Shown: in pieces, positions 23,607 through 34,716 of the stretch
How positions within the stretch are numbered: the stretch's first letter is position 1
Layout: the number at the start of each line of letters is the position of its first letter
Source of the DNA: Centroscyllium fabricii
Lineage: Eukaryota
Assembly: GCA_051313645.2 (NCBI GenBank)
Contig: JBNRSN020000056.1
Span: forward strand, 3,782,001-3,846,000
Direction of reading: 5' to 3'
Length of the DNA: 64,000 bases
The notes under the pieces: model-generated
The model's database searches: none
What the model saw: only the letters and a program-made list of their open reading frames with translations
What the model was told of the DNA's origin: nothing
Made by a program: the position numbers and the translations under genes

Positions 23607-24436
23607 TATTTGTTTGAGCGACACCTGGGTAACAGACTGGAGAGGGTTACTGAGCCCAGCGGTACAGGGAAGCTGCATTAACGCATGTACAGTTGAAACA
23701 ACAGTTTCTGAAGCATCCAGGGGGTTGACTATTCCCGTACTGACGTCAATTCAGCCCCCTCTCTCAGCTGGAGTCAGTATCTCTTGCCAACCAGTCCTCT
23801 CTATTCAGGACTGAACAATTAAAAAAAAAAGCTTTGAAAGTTAATCGTAATGCTTTTTTATAAATTGGCTTTATTTGGTCGTGTTTAAAAAAAAATTATA
23901 AGACTACATGTTGGAAAACGATCACAACCAGAGAGTTATTTGTACATGACTCTCACGAAATCACTGCACTACGAATGCGAAATAAAGAAGAAAACAAACG
24001 GGAATAATCGGAAATAAAAATGTAAATAGATTGAACAGTATCTGTGAGGGGAATAGGTAGCATAACATTCAGAATAGAAGCAATAAAAATCTACAAGGCA
24101 GAAGGAGGCCGTTTTGTCTATTACACCCGTGCCAGCTCTCTGTAAGAGCAAGCCAGTTAATCCCAAGTTCGCTTTCTCCATACCCTTGTAAAGTTTTCTT
24201 TTAAAATAAATAGTTGTCCACTTCCCGTTTAAGAGCCATTATGCTTCCATCGGTGTTTCTGGTCGGGCATTCCATGGCCATCAACCCTGGGCGCTACAAA
24301 ATAAATTCTCCTGAACCCTCCCTTCATTCATTCTGTTGGTGGTGTTACCTTAAATTTATGCCCTCAATTTATCCGAAATGGAGTTAACCCACTCAACCAT
24401 TGGAACACGAACAAACACACGCACACACTCACTCAC

Positions 24437-24871
24437 TCTTCCGGCTTCTCCTGCTCTCTATGGGCAATCACCACCTGCAGCCGCCATGAGGCCCATCTTG
24501 TTGCTGGGTGGAGGAGGATTGGTCGCACAGGTTGAATGCAGCTGGGAGGAGGGGAGCGGGTGGAATTTGGTTTCTCCTGGGCAGAAGATGCCGTTGCTGG
24601 TGTCTGGTGTTCCCTGGGTGGCGAGAGGCTCGACACTGGCAACGGACGCGCCGGCGCGGTGCGGTGTCTGGACTTTGACTGGGACATGGGGCAGGTGTTG
24701 ACTGGTTCTGCAGATGGCTCATGTGGACTTTGGGACTGTGGAGCGGGGAGGCAGCTCGCTTTGTGTAAGACAAGCTCTGCGGTTGGAACTGGCGGCTTGG
24801 GCTTCGGCGGCGGCATCGTCGTGTTCGCGACTGACGGGCGGATGGGCTGCAGTTGGTTGAAGAACATTGGA
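24437..24871 (-). CDS. Candidate 435-nt Pro/Ser-rich internal exon (phase 2-2)
   Basis: Acceptor CTTCTCCTGCTCTCAAAG|, donor |GTGAGT, one fully open frame (PMFFNQLQPIRPSVANTTMPPPKPKPP...EKPE), non-repetitive sequence. Confidence 0.6.
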
Positions 24872-24911
24872 CTTTGAGAGCAGGAGAAGCCGGAGCGGTG
24901 TGAGAACGGGA

Positions 24912-25210
24912 CCTATGTTCCTGGGACTAGGGACAGGGTCACTGGCAAGGCTTGGAAGCTAAGCAGGGCCAGGCCTGGTTAGTACTTGGATGGGTGACCA
25001 CCAGGGAATACCAGGTGCAGAAGGTCACGAAAGGAGCCCCCGGGAAGGGGCGGTTGGCTGAAGATTGTCGGAATGATGGAAAAGATGGAATGGCGACGCG
25101 CACAGACGCAGCGGCTTTGCTGGACTCTTGGGAGCTTGCAAGATCACATTTTGTTGTTCATGTACTTGTACATTGTATAATGACAATAAAAGTTGAATTA
25201 TTATTATTAT
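24912..25210 (+). mobile_element. 5S rRNA-derived SINE (SINE3-type) with Rex1-like tail
   Basis: GGAAGCTAAGCAGGGCCAGGCCTGGTTAGTACTTGGATGGG...GGGAATACCAGGTGC matches 5S boxes A/IE/C; tail ATGACAATAAAAGTTGAA(TTA)n. Copies at 52081-52381(-) and 57767-58057(+). Confidence 0.9.
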
Positions 25211-25419
25211 GATGATGGCGCCGGTGAGGTGGCTGCCATCTTACGGGCTCCGGGCGTACTGGGCAGCTTAGTGTTCTTTGTTGCGCGGTGCGTTAAGCCC
25301 ATAAAGAAAGCATTTCACTTCCTAGATTGCACTCGTTGCATTGTTGTACATGTGACAAATAAAATTTGAATTAGAATTTGAACACAAGTCTGAAATGTCA
25401 GCAAATAAGGCTTTTTTAA

Positions 25420-25975
25420 ATTAGTTCCTGGGATGTGGGCGTCACTGGCAAGGCTCAGCATTTATTGTCCATCCCTCATCGCCCTCGAGAAGGTGGTGGT
25501 GAGCCGCCTTCTTGAACCGCTGCAGTCCGTGTGGTGAAGGTGCTCCCACAGTGCTGTTAGGGAGGGAGTTACAGGATTTTGACCCAGCGACGATGAAGGA
25601 TCGGCCGATATACTTCCAAGTCAGGATGGTGTGTGACTTGGAGGGAAACTTGGGAGGTGGTGGTGTTCCCATGCGCCTGCTGCCCTTCTCGGTGGTAGAG
25701 GTCGCGGGTTTGGGAGGTGCTGCCGAAGAAGCCTTGGCGAGTTGCTGCAGTGCATCTTGTAGATGGTACACACTGCAGCCACGGTGCGCCGGTGGTGGAG
25801 GGAGTGAATGTTGAAGGTGGTGGATGGGGTGCCAATCAAGCGGCCTGCTTTGTCCCGGATGGGGTCGAGTTTCTCGAGTATTGTTGGAGCTGCACTCATC
25901 CGGGCAAGTGGAGAGTATTCCATCACACTCCTGACTTGTGCCTTGTAGATGGTGGAAAGACTTTGGGGGAGTCAG
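25420..25975 (-). mobile_element. L2/CR1-superclade LINE 3' fragment
   Basis: MEYSPLA...LHHRRTVAAVCTIYKMHC...; same family as 468-950. Confidence 0.85.
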
Positions 25976-26346
25976 GAGATACGTACAGCACACTGCACCA
26001 CAGGAATGATGCAACACAGGGTTAGGCCCACGGTGCCGCTGTCCAGTGAGCTCCTGATCTGCTGGTAGATCGGAGAAGGAAAACCAAAGCAAGTCAACGC
26101 TAAAACATTCTCAAGACCAACGTTCCCTTTAAGCTGCGGGGCAGCGCAGCGCTCGAGCGCCCAGGCAGCTGGTGAGCAGGCTTTCGAATTGAATGGGCCA
26201 CGCGGTACAAAAAACAAATGACGAGCAATGTTGCTCAAAACACCTATTTAAGCGTGTTTAGAAATCACATCAGCGGGGGTCTAGCAACGGACAGAACACA
26301 GAGCTCCTACCCCAATCTTTGACTGGAGGCTACCCTAACATTTTAC

Positions 26347-26845
26347 AGTTCAGAGAAGGTTCACTCGGTTGATTCCGGAGATGAGGGGGTTGACTTATGA
26401 GGAAAGGTTGAGTAGGTTGGGCCTCTACTCATTGGAATTTAGAAGAACGAGAGGCGATCTTATCGAAAATTATAAGATTGTGAGGGGGCTTGATCGGGTG
26501 GACGTGGTGAGGGTGTCTCCACTGATGTGTGAGACTAGAACTAGGGGGCATAATCTGAGAATAAGGGGCTGCCCTTTCAAAACTGAGATGAGGAGAAACT
26601 TCTTCACTCAGAGGGTGGTGAATCTATGGAACTTGCTGCCTCAGCGAGCTGTGGAAGCTGCGACGTTAAATAAATTTTAAACGGAGATAGACAGCTTCCT
26701 AGCTGATAGGGGAATAAGGGGAATAAGAGGTTACGGGGAACGGGCAGGGAAGTGGACGTGAATCTAAGTTCGGATCAACCATGATCCTATTGAATGGCGG
26801 AGCAGGCACGAGGGGCCGTACGGCCTACGCCTGCTTCTTATGTTC
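26347..26845 (+). mobile_element. CR1 LINE 3' fragment
   Basis: ORF2 C-terminus plus tail. Confidence 0.9.
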
Positions 26846-27074
26846 ACCCAACAACCTCAAGAAAGATCTGCCGCCCAATAAAACATTCATTCTTCACACT
26901 CGACTTTATCCCGCCCCCCCACACCCCCTGTCCAATTTGCGCTGGTGGCCGAAGCAACGTTGGCCAATTCGTGCCGCAAATCACCGACGTACCGAAACTC
27001 CAAAAACCACTAGAAACTGTCAGATCGAAGACTTTCATCTCCTCTTTGGCAGAGCAGGTTCCCAGGGTCTGCTA

Positions 27075-27590
27075 CAGGTTGAGCACCGGTAATCCGTTAC
27101 CCGAAACGCCGGCAACTTCAGTCTTCCGGAACAAATTGCTCCGACTGCTCTGCGCATGCGCAAAATGGCAGCCGCGATCGGGGCTTCGGCGAATGATCTG
27201 CGCATGCGCCACCGGACGGCGAGCGCATGCGCAGATCATTCAAAATGGCTGCCGGATGTTTTGAATGATCTGCGCATGCGCCGCCGGACGGCGAGCACAT
27301 GCGCAGATCATTCAAAACGGCCGCCGGATGAGCCGGGCCTTCCGTGGCGTCAGTGCACGGCGGCTCACGCCGCATTTTGAAAGTGTGAGTCCTGAGCGCC
27401 CGCCATGGTAAAGCGCGCGGTTCCCCGGAGCAGCCTGCTGGCCATCATCAGGAGGCACAAACCGCAGCGGAGACTCAGCAAGGACGTTCGGCGGCCATTT
27501 CCAATGTTGTGCGCATGCGCGCGAACATTTTGAATGGTTGACCGACTTCATTCTGCCGGTTTTTTCACTTTCCCAGCACAGGCCTGGTCA
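27075..27590. mobile_element. Tigger4-like MITE rich in TGCGCATGCGCA palindromes (right end truncated)
   Basis: TA-CAGGTTGAGCACCGGTAATCCG left end; same family as 45199-45693. Confidence 0.8.
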
Positions 27591-27795
27591 CTGCATTAGA
27601 TTTCCACACTGAGTCAGCAAGATGCCATTTTCCTCAATCCCTCCCCTCATAGAGGTAAGCTACATTAAAGAAATACAACGGGTTTTAACAGGAGTGGGAG
27701 GCACCAAATTATATGTGCTGATAATTATTTGAGCAAGGCAAAAATATAAAGCAAGCAAGGGATGGACATTTCCAGTTAACGAGGAGCTGACTTAC

Positions 27796-27928
27796 TTTCT
27801 AGCTTGAAGCTGAAAAGCAATGTTTTGCAGTACAGGTGTATTTCCCCAACTTCAATCCCTTGATTCTTTCTCTACTTTCCTGCTGAATCTGAGCGTTTTT
27901 GAGGCCTGTTCCAGTTCTTCACTATACA
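27796..27928 (-). other. Candidate exon, probably non-coding
   Basis: Acceptor CCCTTTTTGTGTAG| and donor |GTAAGT; stops in all three frames. Confidence 0.35.
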
Positions 27929-28084
27929 ACTAACACACCTACACAAAAAGGGTGCAATTTATATTCCTTTAAAAAAAAAAAAAAAATATTCGACTACTTT
28001 GAAGATTTCAAAATTAAAGGCTTCCTCCAATATCCTGGCGAGTAAAAAGGAGGCTGCCTGGTGCACGAATAATTTCTCCACACC

Positions 28085-28860
28085 AAAATTTGGATATTAT
28101 CTGAATGGAGAGCAACTGCAAAGTGTTACGGTACAATGGGATCTGGGGGTCCTGGTGCATGAAACACAGAAGGTTAGTCTGCAGGAGCAGCAGGTGATCA
28201 GGAAAGCCGATGGAATCTTGGCTTTTATTGCAAGGGGGATGAAGTATAAAAGCAGGGAAGTCTTGCTGCAGTTATACAGGGTACTGGGGAGGCCACACCT
28301 GGAATACTGCGTACAGTTTTGGTTTCCATATTTAAGAAAAGATATACTTGCTCTCGAGGCAGTTCAGAGAAGGTTCACTTGGTTGATTCCGGAGATGAGG
28401 GGGTTGACTTATGAGGAAAGGTTGAGTAGGTTGGGCCTCTACTCATTGGAATTCAGAAGAGTGAGAGGCGATCTTATCGAAACATATAAGATTGTGAGGG
28501 GGCTTGATCGGGTGGATGCGGTGAGGATGTTTCCACTGATGGGTGAGACTAGAACTAGGGGGCATAATCTGAGAATAAGGGGCTGCCCTTTCAAAACTGA
28601 GAGGAGGAGAAACTTCTTCACTCAGAGGGTAGTAAATCTATGGAGTTTGTTACCTCAGAGAGCTGTGGAAGCTGCGACATTAAATAAATTTAAAACGGAG
28701 ATAGACAGTTTTGTAGCTGATAAGGGAATAAAGGGTTATGGGGAGTGGACAGGGAAGTGGACGTGAGTCTAAGTTCGGATCAGCCATGATCCTATTGAAT
28801 GGCGGAGCAGGCCCGAGGGGTTGCATGGCCGACTCCTGCTCCTACTTCTCATGTTCTTAA
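28085..28860 (+). mobile_element. CR1 LINE 3' fragment
   Basis: DLGVLVHE...[11 protein letters not shown]... open frame plus tail. Confidence 0.92.
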
Positions 28861-28989
28861 AAAGAAAGGTCCAGTGTTAAGATTCTCAGCCCGTGCTCGA
28901 TTAGCAGATCTCAGCTGGGTAACCAGCTGGGGTACTTCAAGTGGCGAGAGTGCCCATAGCCAAGGGGGAAAGTGGGGAGAGGGACAGAA

Positions 28990-29428
28990 AGAAAAGATTT
29001 GCATTTACATAGCGCCTTTCTCGGCCTCAGGACATCTCAAAGCGTTTTACAGCACTTTCGAAAAGTGCAGTCACTCTTGGAATGCAGGAAACGCAGCAAC
29101 CAATTTGCGCACAGCAAGCTCCCACAATGTGATAATCACCAGATAATCTGTTTTTAGTGATGTTGGTCGAGAGATAAATATTGGACCAGGACACCGGGGA
29201 GAACTCCCCCCTGCTCTTCTTCGAAATAGTGGCCGTGGGATCTTTTACGTCAACCTGAGAGAGCAGACGGGGCCTCGGTTTAACGTCTCATCCGAAAGAC
29301 GGCACCTCCGACAGTGCCGCACTCCCTCAGCACTGGCACTGGGAGCGTCAGCCTGGATTTCTGTGCTCAAGTCGCTGGAGTGGGGACTGTGAACCTTCTG
29401 ACCCACAGGCGAGTGTCCACGGCTGACA
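28990..29428 (-). mobile_element. DeuSINE (SacSINE1/AmnSINE1-like)
   Basis: Deu-domain core GCACTGTCGGAGGTGCCGTCTTTCGGATGAGACGTTAAACCGAGG on minus. Other copies at about 33665-34418(-), 37735-37900(-), 51559-53060(+). Confidence 0.8.
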
Positions 29429-29569
29429 CTACAGAAAGGATTAGTTTAGTCGGGGTCCTCGCACCTAATCAAAAGTAGTAGTAAAAAAAATAATGGCTCC
29501 TGATTGCTATTTATTGTATGCGGGCATCTGGTGCAAACAGGTGCAGAACCAGCTGTGATGTTTCTGTGG

Positions 29570-29647
29570 TCAAATAGCTTGCCAACAGTCACCGTTGCTG
29601 CAAACAATAGCCGGGTGGGGCAAAGTACAGCAAAGTAACTGGTACTC
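29570..29647 (-). CDS. Candidate terminal coding exon (EYQLLCCTLPHPAIVCSNGDCWQAI*)
   Basis: Acceptor CACTTCCTAG|, phase 0 compatible with the exons ending at 34473 and 45884, AATAAA at 29510-29515. Confidence 0.3.
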   Translation of the reverse strand, partial: EYQLLCCTLPHPAIVCSNGDCWQAI

Positions 29648-29807
29648 CTAGGAAGTGCACACAAGCAAGAGTTGGCACTTTTGAGGGTGGGGGGTGTGGG
29701 GGGGGGGGGAAATAAGGGACAAAGATGAAAAATAAATCCAACACTTCTAGCCAGTGAACATTTCGGCAATTTCTCAGGTGAATGTAAAAGATCCCATGGC
29801 ACTGTTC

Positions 29808-30487
29808 TGAAGGTGAGCATGCAGGTGCAGCAGGCGGTTAAGAAGGCAGATGGTATGTTGGCCTTCGTAGCGAGAGGATTCGAGTACAGGAACAAGGATG
29901 TCTTGCTGCAGCTGTACAGGGCCTTGGTGAGACCACACCTTGAGTATTGTGAGCAGTTTTGGTCACCTTATCTGAGGAAGGATGTTCTTGCCATGGAGGG
30001 AGTGCAGCGAAGATTCACCACACTGATACCTGCGATGGCAGGAATGACGTATGAGGAGAGATTTGGTCGATTGGGCTTATACTCGCTGGAGTTTAGATGA
30101 GAGGGGATCTCATTGAAACTTATAAAATTCTAACAGGACTGAACAGACTAGATGCAGGAAGGATGTTCCCGATGGCCGGGGAGTCCAGAACCAGGGGTCA
30201 CAGTCTAAGGATAAGGGGTAAGCCATTTAGAACAGAGATGAGGAGGAATTTATTCACCCATAGAGTGGTGAACCTGTGGAATTCTCCACCACAGAAGGCA
30301 GTGGAGGCCAATTCCTTAAATATATTCAAGAAGGAGTTGGATATATTTCTTAAGGCTAAAGGGATATGGGGAGAAGGCAGGGACAGGGTACTGAGTTTCT
30401 ATGATCAGCCATGATCTCATTGAATGGCGGAGCAGGCTCGAGGGAACGAATGGCCTGCTCCTGCTCCTATCTGCTATGTTTCCATGT
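29808..30487 (+). mobile_element. CR1 LINE 3' fragment
   Basis: ORF2 motifs, one frameshift, tail. Confidence 0.9.
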
Positions 30488-30597
30488 TTACAAACACATA
30501 TTGAAAATTTTAGTTCCTGAGCGATCTTTTTGTTTTAATAGAAAGGCTGCTTTGGAATGGCAGGAAGTAAATTTGCTCGCGTGTCAAGCTCCCAATA

Positions 30598-31347
30598 CAG
30601 GTTGAAGTTCATTAATCCGGCAGGGTCGGGACCAGCACCCTGCCGGATTGTTGAAAACGCCGAATTATTAAAAGTCACGGCGGCGCATGCGCAGAACATT
30701 CAAAATGGCCGACGCAAAATTTTCAATGCTCTGCGCATGCGCTCGTCGGTGCCTGGCAGTTGATTTTCGGCCCAAGGGGCGGGTGGAACTCGCACTCGAT
30801 TCTGCTGCGGGTCAGGGAGTGGGCTGCACGGCTCCAGCGGGCCTGAGGCCCAATGCGCGGCTCAAGCCCAGCTCACGTGACGCCACCGCACGCCAGCTTC
30901 GGAACGCGGTGACGTCAGCACGCAGCCATCGATTCTGCTGCGGATCAGTCAGGGAGCGGGCTGCATGGCTCCAGCGGGCCGGAGGCCCAAAGCGCGGCTC
31001 AAGCCCGGCTCACGTGACGCCACCGCACGCCAGCTTCGGAACACGGTGACGTCAGCACGCAGCCAGGCAGGAGCCTCCGGCAGCGATGGGCACCGAGCAT
31101 TGCCTGTATCGCGTCCTGCGAAAGGCGGCTGGCACAACAGCTCATCTTCTGGGCCTGGGATTCACCATTGGCATCGGGGTGGTCACTAAGCCGGGATCCA
31201 GTGAGTATCTGTTAGGTGAAAGGGAAGCCCAGTCCCGACGGTGGCCATTTTGAATTGTCTGCGCATGCGCCGGGCAGTCGGGAAAATCTGTGCCGACCGA
31301 CTGAAGCTGCCGGTTTTTCGGGTGCCGGATTAACGAACTTCAATCTG
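30598..31347. mobile_element. Tigger-like MITE with internal ~130-bp duplication
   Basis: TIR CAGGTTGAAGTTCATTAATCCGG / CCGGATTAACGAACTTCAATCTG, TA TSD; inverted homologue at 42807-43408. Confidence 0.9.
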
Positions 31348-31576
31348 TACTGCCTGGGCCAGCCAGGAGAGGCAGCAAGTTAAAGTGAGGAGCTATCCCA
31401 AAGGGAGAGAGCAGCTAAAACAAACACACACGGTTGCGGCAATCATTGTGCGAAACCCCAAACTGGAAAAGGGCTGCTGGGAACGTTAAACGGGGGAGGC
31501 GCTCAGTGTCCAATGTTGGGTTGCGAGCATGAACTGAACATGACGAAAGCATTAATAATCTCTTTACAGCACATCA

Positions 31577-33190
31577 AGTGATCTTATTGAAACATACAAG
31601 ATGCTGAGGGGGCTCGACAGGGTAGATGCAGAGAGGATGTTTCCCCTCGTGGGGAAATCTAGAACTCGGGGTCATAGTTTCAGAATAAAGGATCGCCCTT
31701 TTAGAACGGAGATGAGGAGGAATGTTTTCTCTCAGAGGGTCGTAAATCTGTGGAATTCTCTACCCGAGAGAGCCGGGGAGGCTGGGTCATTGAATACATT
31801 TAAGGTTGAGACAGATTTTTGCAAGATAAGGGAGTGAAGGGTTATGGGGAGCGGGCGGGGAAGTGGTTTTGAGCCAAAGATCAGATCAGCCATGATTTTA
31901 TTGAATGGCGGAGCAGGCTCGAGGGGCCAAGTGGCCTATTCCTGCTCCTATTTCTCATGTTCTAAAGGCTACACCGCTGTTTGTCTCGATCAGCTTAAGA
32001 AATGCCATTTAAACTGGCACTCGGGGGGGGGGGAAAGAGGGGGGCTCACAGCGACACAATTTAGAGATTTCTGGTACACTGATTAGATGTAGCGATCCTC
32101 TGAGATAGCCAAATCTTTCACAGCAACTGTACGAGCTTTAACAACTGAGCCAACAGGCCAAACTTTTCTGCACCTTCATCGCATTCTATAAGTAATTCTG
32201 GAGTAAAAATGTACAATGATGCCGTCCATTCAAAAATTGGACTCCTTAGACATACTTGCCTTGGAGGCGGTGCAACAAAGGTTCACTAGATTGATCCCTG
32301 GGATGAGAGGGTTGTCCTGTGAGGAGAGATTGAGTAGATTGGGTCGATACTCTCTGGAGTTTAGAAGAATGAGAGGTGATCTCATTGAAACGTATAAAAT
32401 TCTTACCGGGATCGACAGGGTAGATGCTGAGAGGTTGTTTTTCCGTGGTTGGAGATTCTAGAACCAGGGGGCATAGTCTCAGGATAAGGGGTCGGCCATT
32501 TAAGACTGAGATGAGGAATTTCTTCACGCAGAGGGTGGCGAATCTTTGGAATTCTCTATCCCAGAGGGCTGTGGATGCTGAATCATTGGGTATATTCAAG
32601 GCTGAGATCGATAGAAAGACTGGAAAGACTGGGGTTGTTTTCCTTGGAGCAGAGAAGGCTGAGGGGGGACCTGATTGAGGTGTACAAAATTATGAGGGGC
32701 GTAGATAGGGTGGATAGAAAGGAACTTTTCCCCTTAGTAGAGGGGTCAATAACCAGGGGGCATAGTTTCAAAGTAAGGGGCAGGAGGTTTAGGGGGGATT
32801 TGAGGAGGAACTTTTTCACCCAGAGGGTGGTTGGAGTCTGGAACTCGTTGCCTGGAAGGGTGGTAGAGGCAGGAACCCTCACAACATTCAAGAGGCATTT
32901 AGATGAGGACTTGAAATGCCACAGCATACAAGGCTACGGACCAAGTGCTGGAAAATGGGATTAGATTAGACAGGGCTTGATGGCCGGCGCGGACACGATG
33001 GGCAGAAGGGCCTCTTGCTGTGCTGTATAACTCTATGACTCTATGATAGATTTTTGGATTCTAGGGGAATCGAGGGATATGGGGATCGGGCGTGAAAATG
33101 GAGTTGAGGTCAAAGATCAGCCATGATCCTATTGAATGGCGGAGCGGGCTCGAGGGGCCGAATGGCCGACTCCTGCTCCTAATTCTTATG
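31577..33190 (+). mobile_element. CR1 fragments (31577-31962; 32247-33190 with a second CR1 nested at about 32612-33045)
   Basis: ORF2 C-terminal motifs. The host resumes GATAGATTTTTGG after the nested (CTATGACT)n tail. Confidence 0.85.
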
Positions 33191-34472
33191 TCCTTACATT
33201 GCTACCAATTAACAGTAGATAATCTGAGTACTTGAGTAAATAATTTACATCTATACCCCATCAAAATTATGGAAAATGGCTAAAAATGAAACTGGCTCGC
33301 ATGTCTTCGGTGCATTGCTCTCAGTGAGGCAGGCAAAATGCTATTTTATCGCAAGTGGGTATTGTCAGCAAATTTTGACGGAAAGTGTTACAGGAAGCAG
33401 ATTCAATAGTAATTTTCGAGAAGAGGTATTGGATATACTGTATAGGTTTATAAAAAGGAAACATTTGCAGGGCTCTGGGGAAAGAGCAGGGTGGGGTATG
33501 TGGGACTAATTGGAGAGCTCGTTCAAAGAGCCGGCACAGGCACGGTGGGCCGAATGGCCTCCTTCTGTGCTGTGATTCCATGAGGAAGCAACTTGGATAC
33601 GGACAAGAAGTGAATTTGCAGTTTATAACTAGGCAACCTCCCTTGGCTGTGCTTACAGTCAGTTAAAGAAAAACGCTCGCATTTCTATAGCACTTTTCAC
33701 GATCACCGGACACATCCCAAAGCACTTTACAGCCAATGAAGTACTTTTGAAGTGTCGTAATCTCGGAAACGCGGCAGCCAATTTGCGCACAGCAAGTTCC
33801 CACAAACAGCAATGTGATAACGGCCCAGATCATCTGCTTTCGGTGATGTTGGTTGAGGGATTAAATATTGGCCCCAGGACACGGTGGCAGAGTGGTTAGC
33901 ACTGTTGCCTCACAGCGCCAGGGGCCCGGGTTCAAATCCGGCCTCGGGTGACTATCTGTGTGGAGTTTGCACATTCTCCCCGTGTCTGCGTGGGTTTCCT
34001 CCGGGTGTTCCGGTTTCCTCCCACAGTCCAAAGATGTGCGGGTTAGGTTGATTGGCCAGGATAAATTGACCCTTTGTGTTAGGGGGATTAAATATGTGGG
34101 GGGATTACGGGGATAGGGTGGGATATGTGTCGGTGCAGGCTCGATGGGCCGAAATGGCCTCTATCTGCGCTGTAGGGGTTCTATGATTCTATGACACCGG
34201 GGAGAACTCCCCCTGCTCTTCTTCAAAATAGTGGCCACAGGGGCCTCGGTTTAATGTCTCACCCGAACGACGGCCCCTCCGACAGTGCGGCACTCCCTCA
34301 GCACTGCACTGGGAGCGTCAGCCTGGACTTTTGTGCTCAAATCTCTGGAGCGGGACTTGAACTCACAGCCTTCGGACTCGGGAGGCGAGAGGGCTGCCAA
34401 CCGAGCCACTGGCTGACACAAAAATGATCTGTCTTTTACATTGCAACAGGCTGAGAGAGGTTACAGCGGTAC

Positions 34473-34716
34473 CTCCGCGACAAGCAAGAACGACAGACAA
34501 TATTGCCACTTTTTTTCTTTAAAGAGAAGGGCCAGAGTAGTAAGCTGGCAGCATTACTCGATGATTTCAATGTACCAAGTAACTGAAAAAAACTGCAAGA
34601 GAATTTTAAATGTATTAGATAGCTTTGTCATTTAAACTGACATATAAACTTACCATGCAGAAGTGGAAGACCTTTTAAAGACAGCTCGGTCATAGTTCTC
34701 CTGAGATGATCCCAGT
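34473..34716 (-). CDS. Candidate two-exon module B (34654-34716 and 34473-34516): xWDHLRRTMTELSLKGLPLLH-EKKWQYCLSFLLVAE
   Basis: CTTTGTAG|63 nt|GTAAGT, 137-nt intron, CTTTAAAG|44 nt|GTACCG. First exon is paralogous to 46087-46149. Confidence 0.55.

Noticed and set aside
23600-23810. Coding exon linking the Pro-rich exon to the STPR exon
   Set aside because: Good acceptor at 23811, but in the required phase it stops after D-P-E; at most an alternative terminal exon. Direct 24437-to-21139 splicing is also out of phase, so the full gene model is unresolved.
24954-25024. 5S rRNA gene
   Set aside because: The 5' third of 5S is missing and the segment is embedded in a tailed element present three times: a SINE.
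25988-26052. Small minus-strand exon near 26.0 kb
   Set aside because: Plausible acceptor but weak donor, uncertain limits and no recognisable peptide; not supportable without transcripts.
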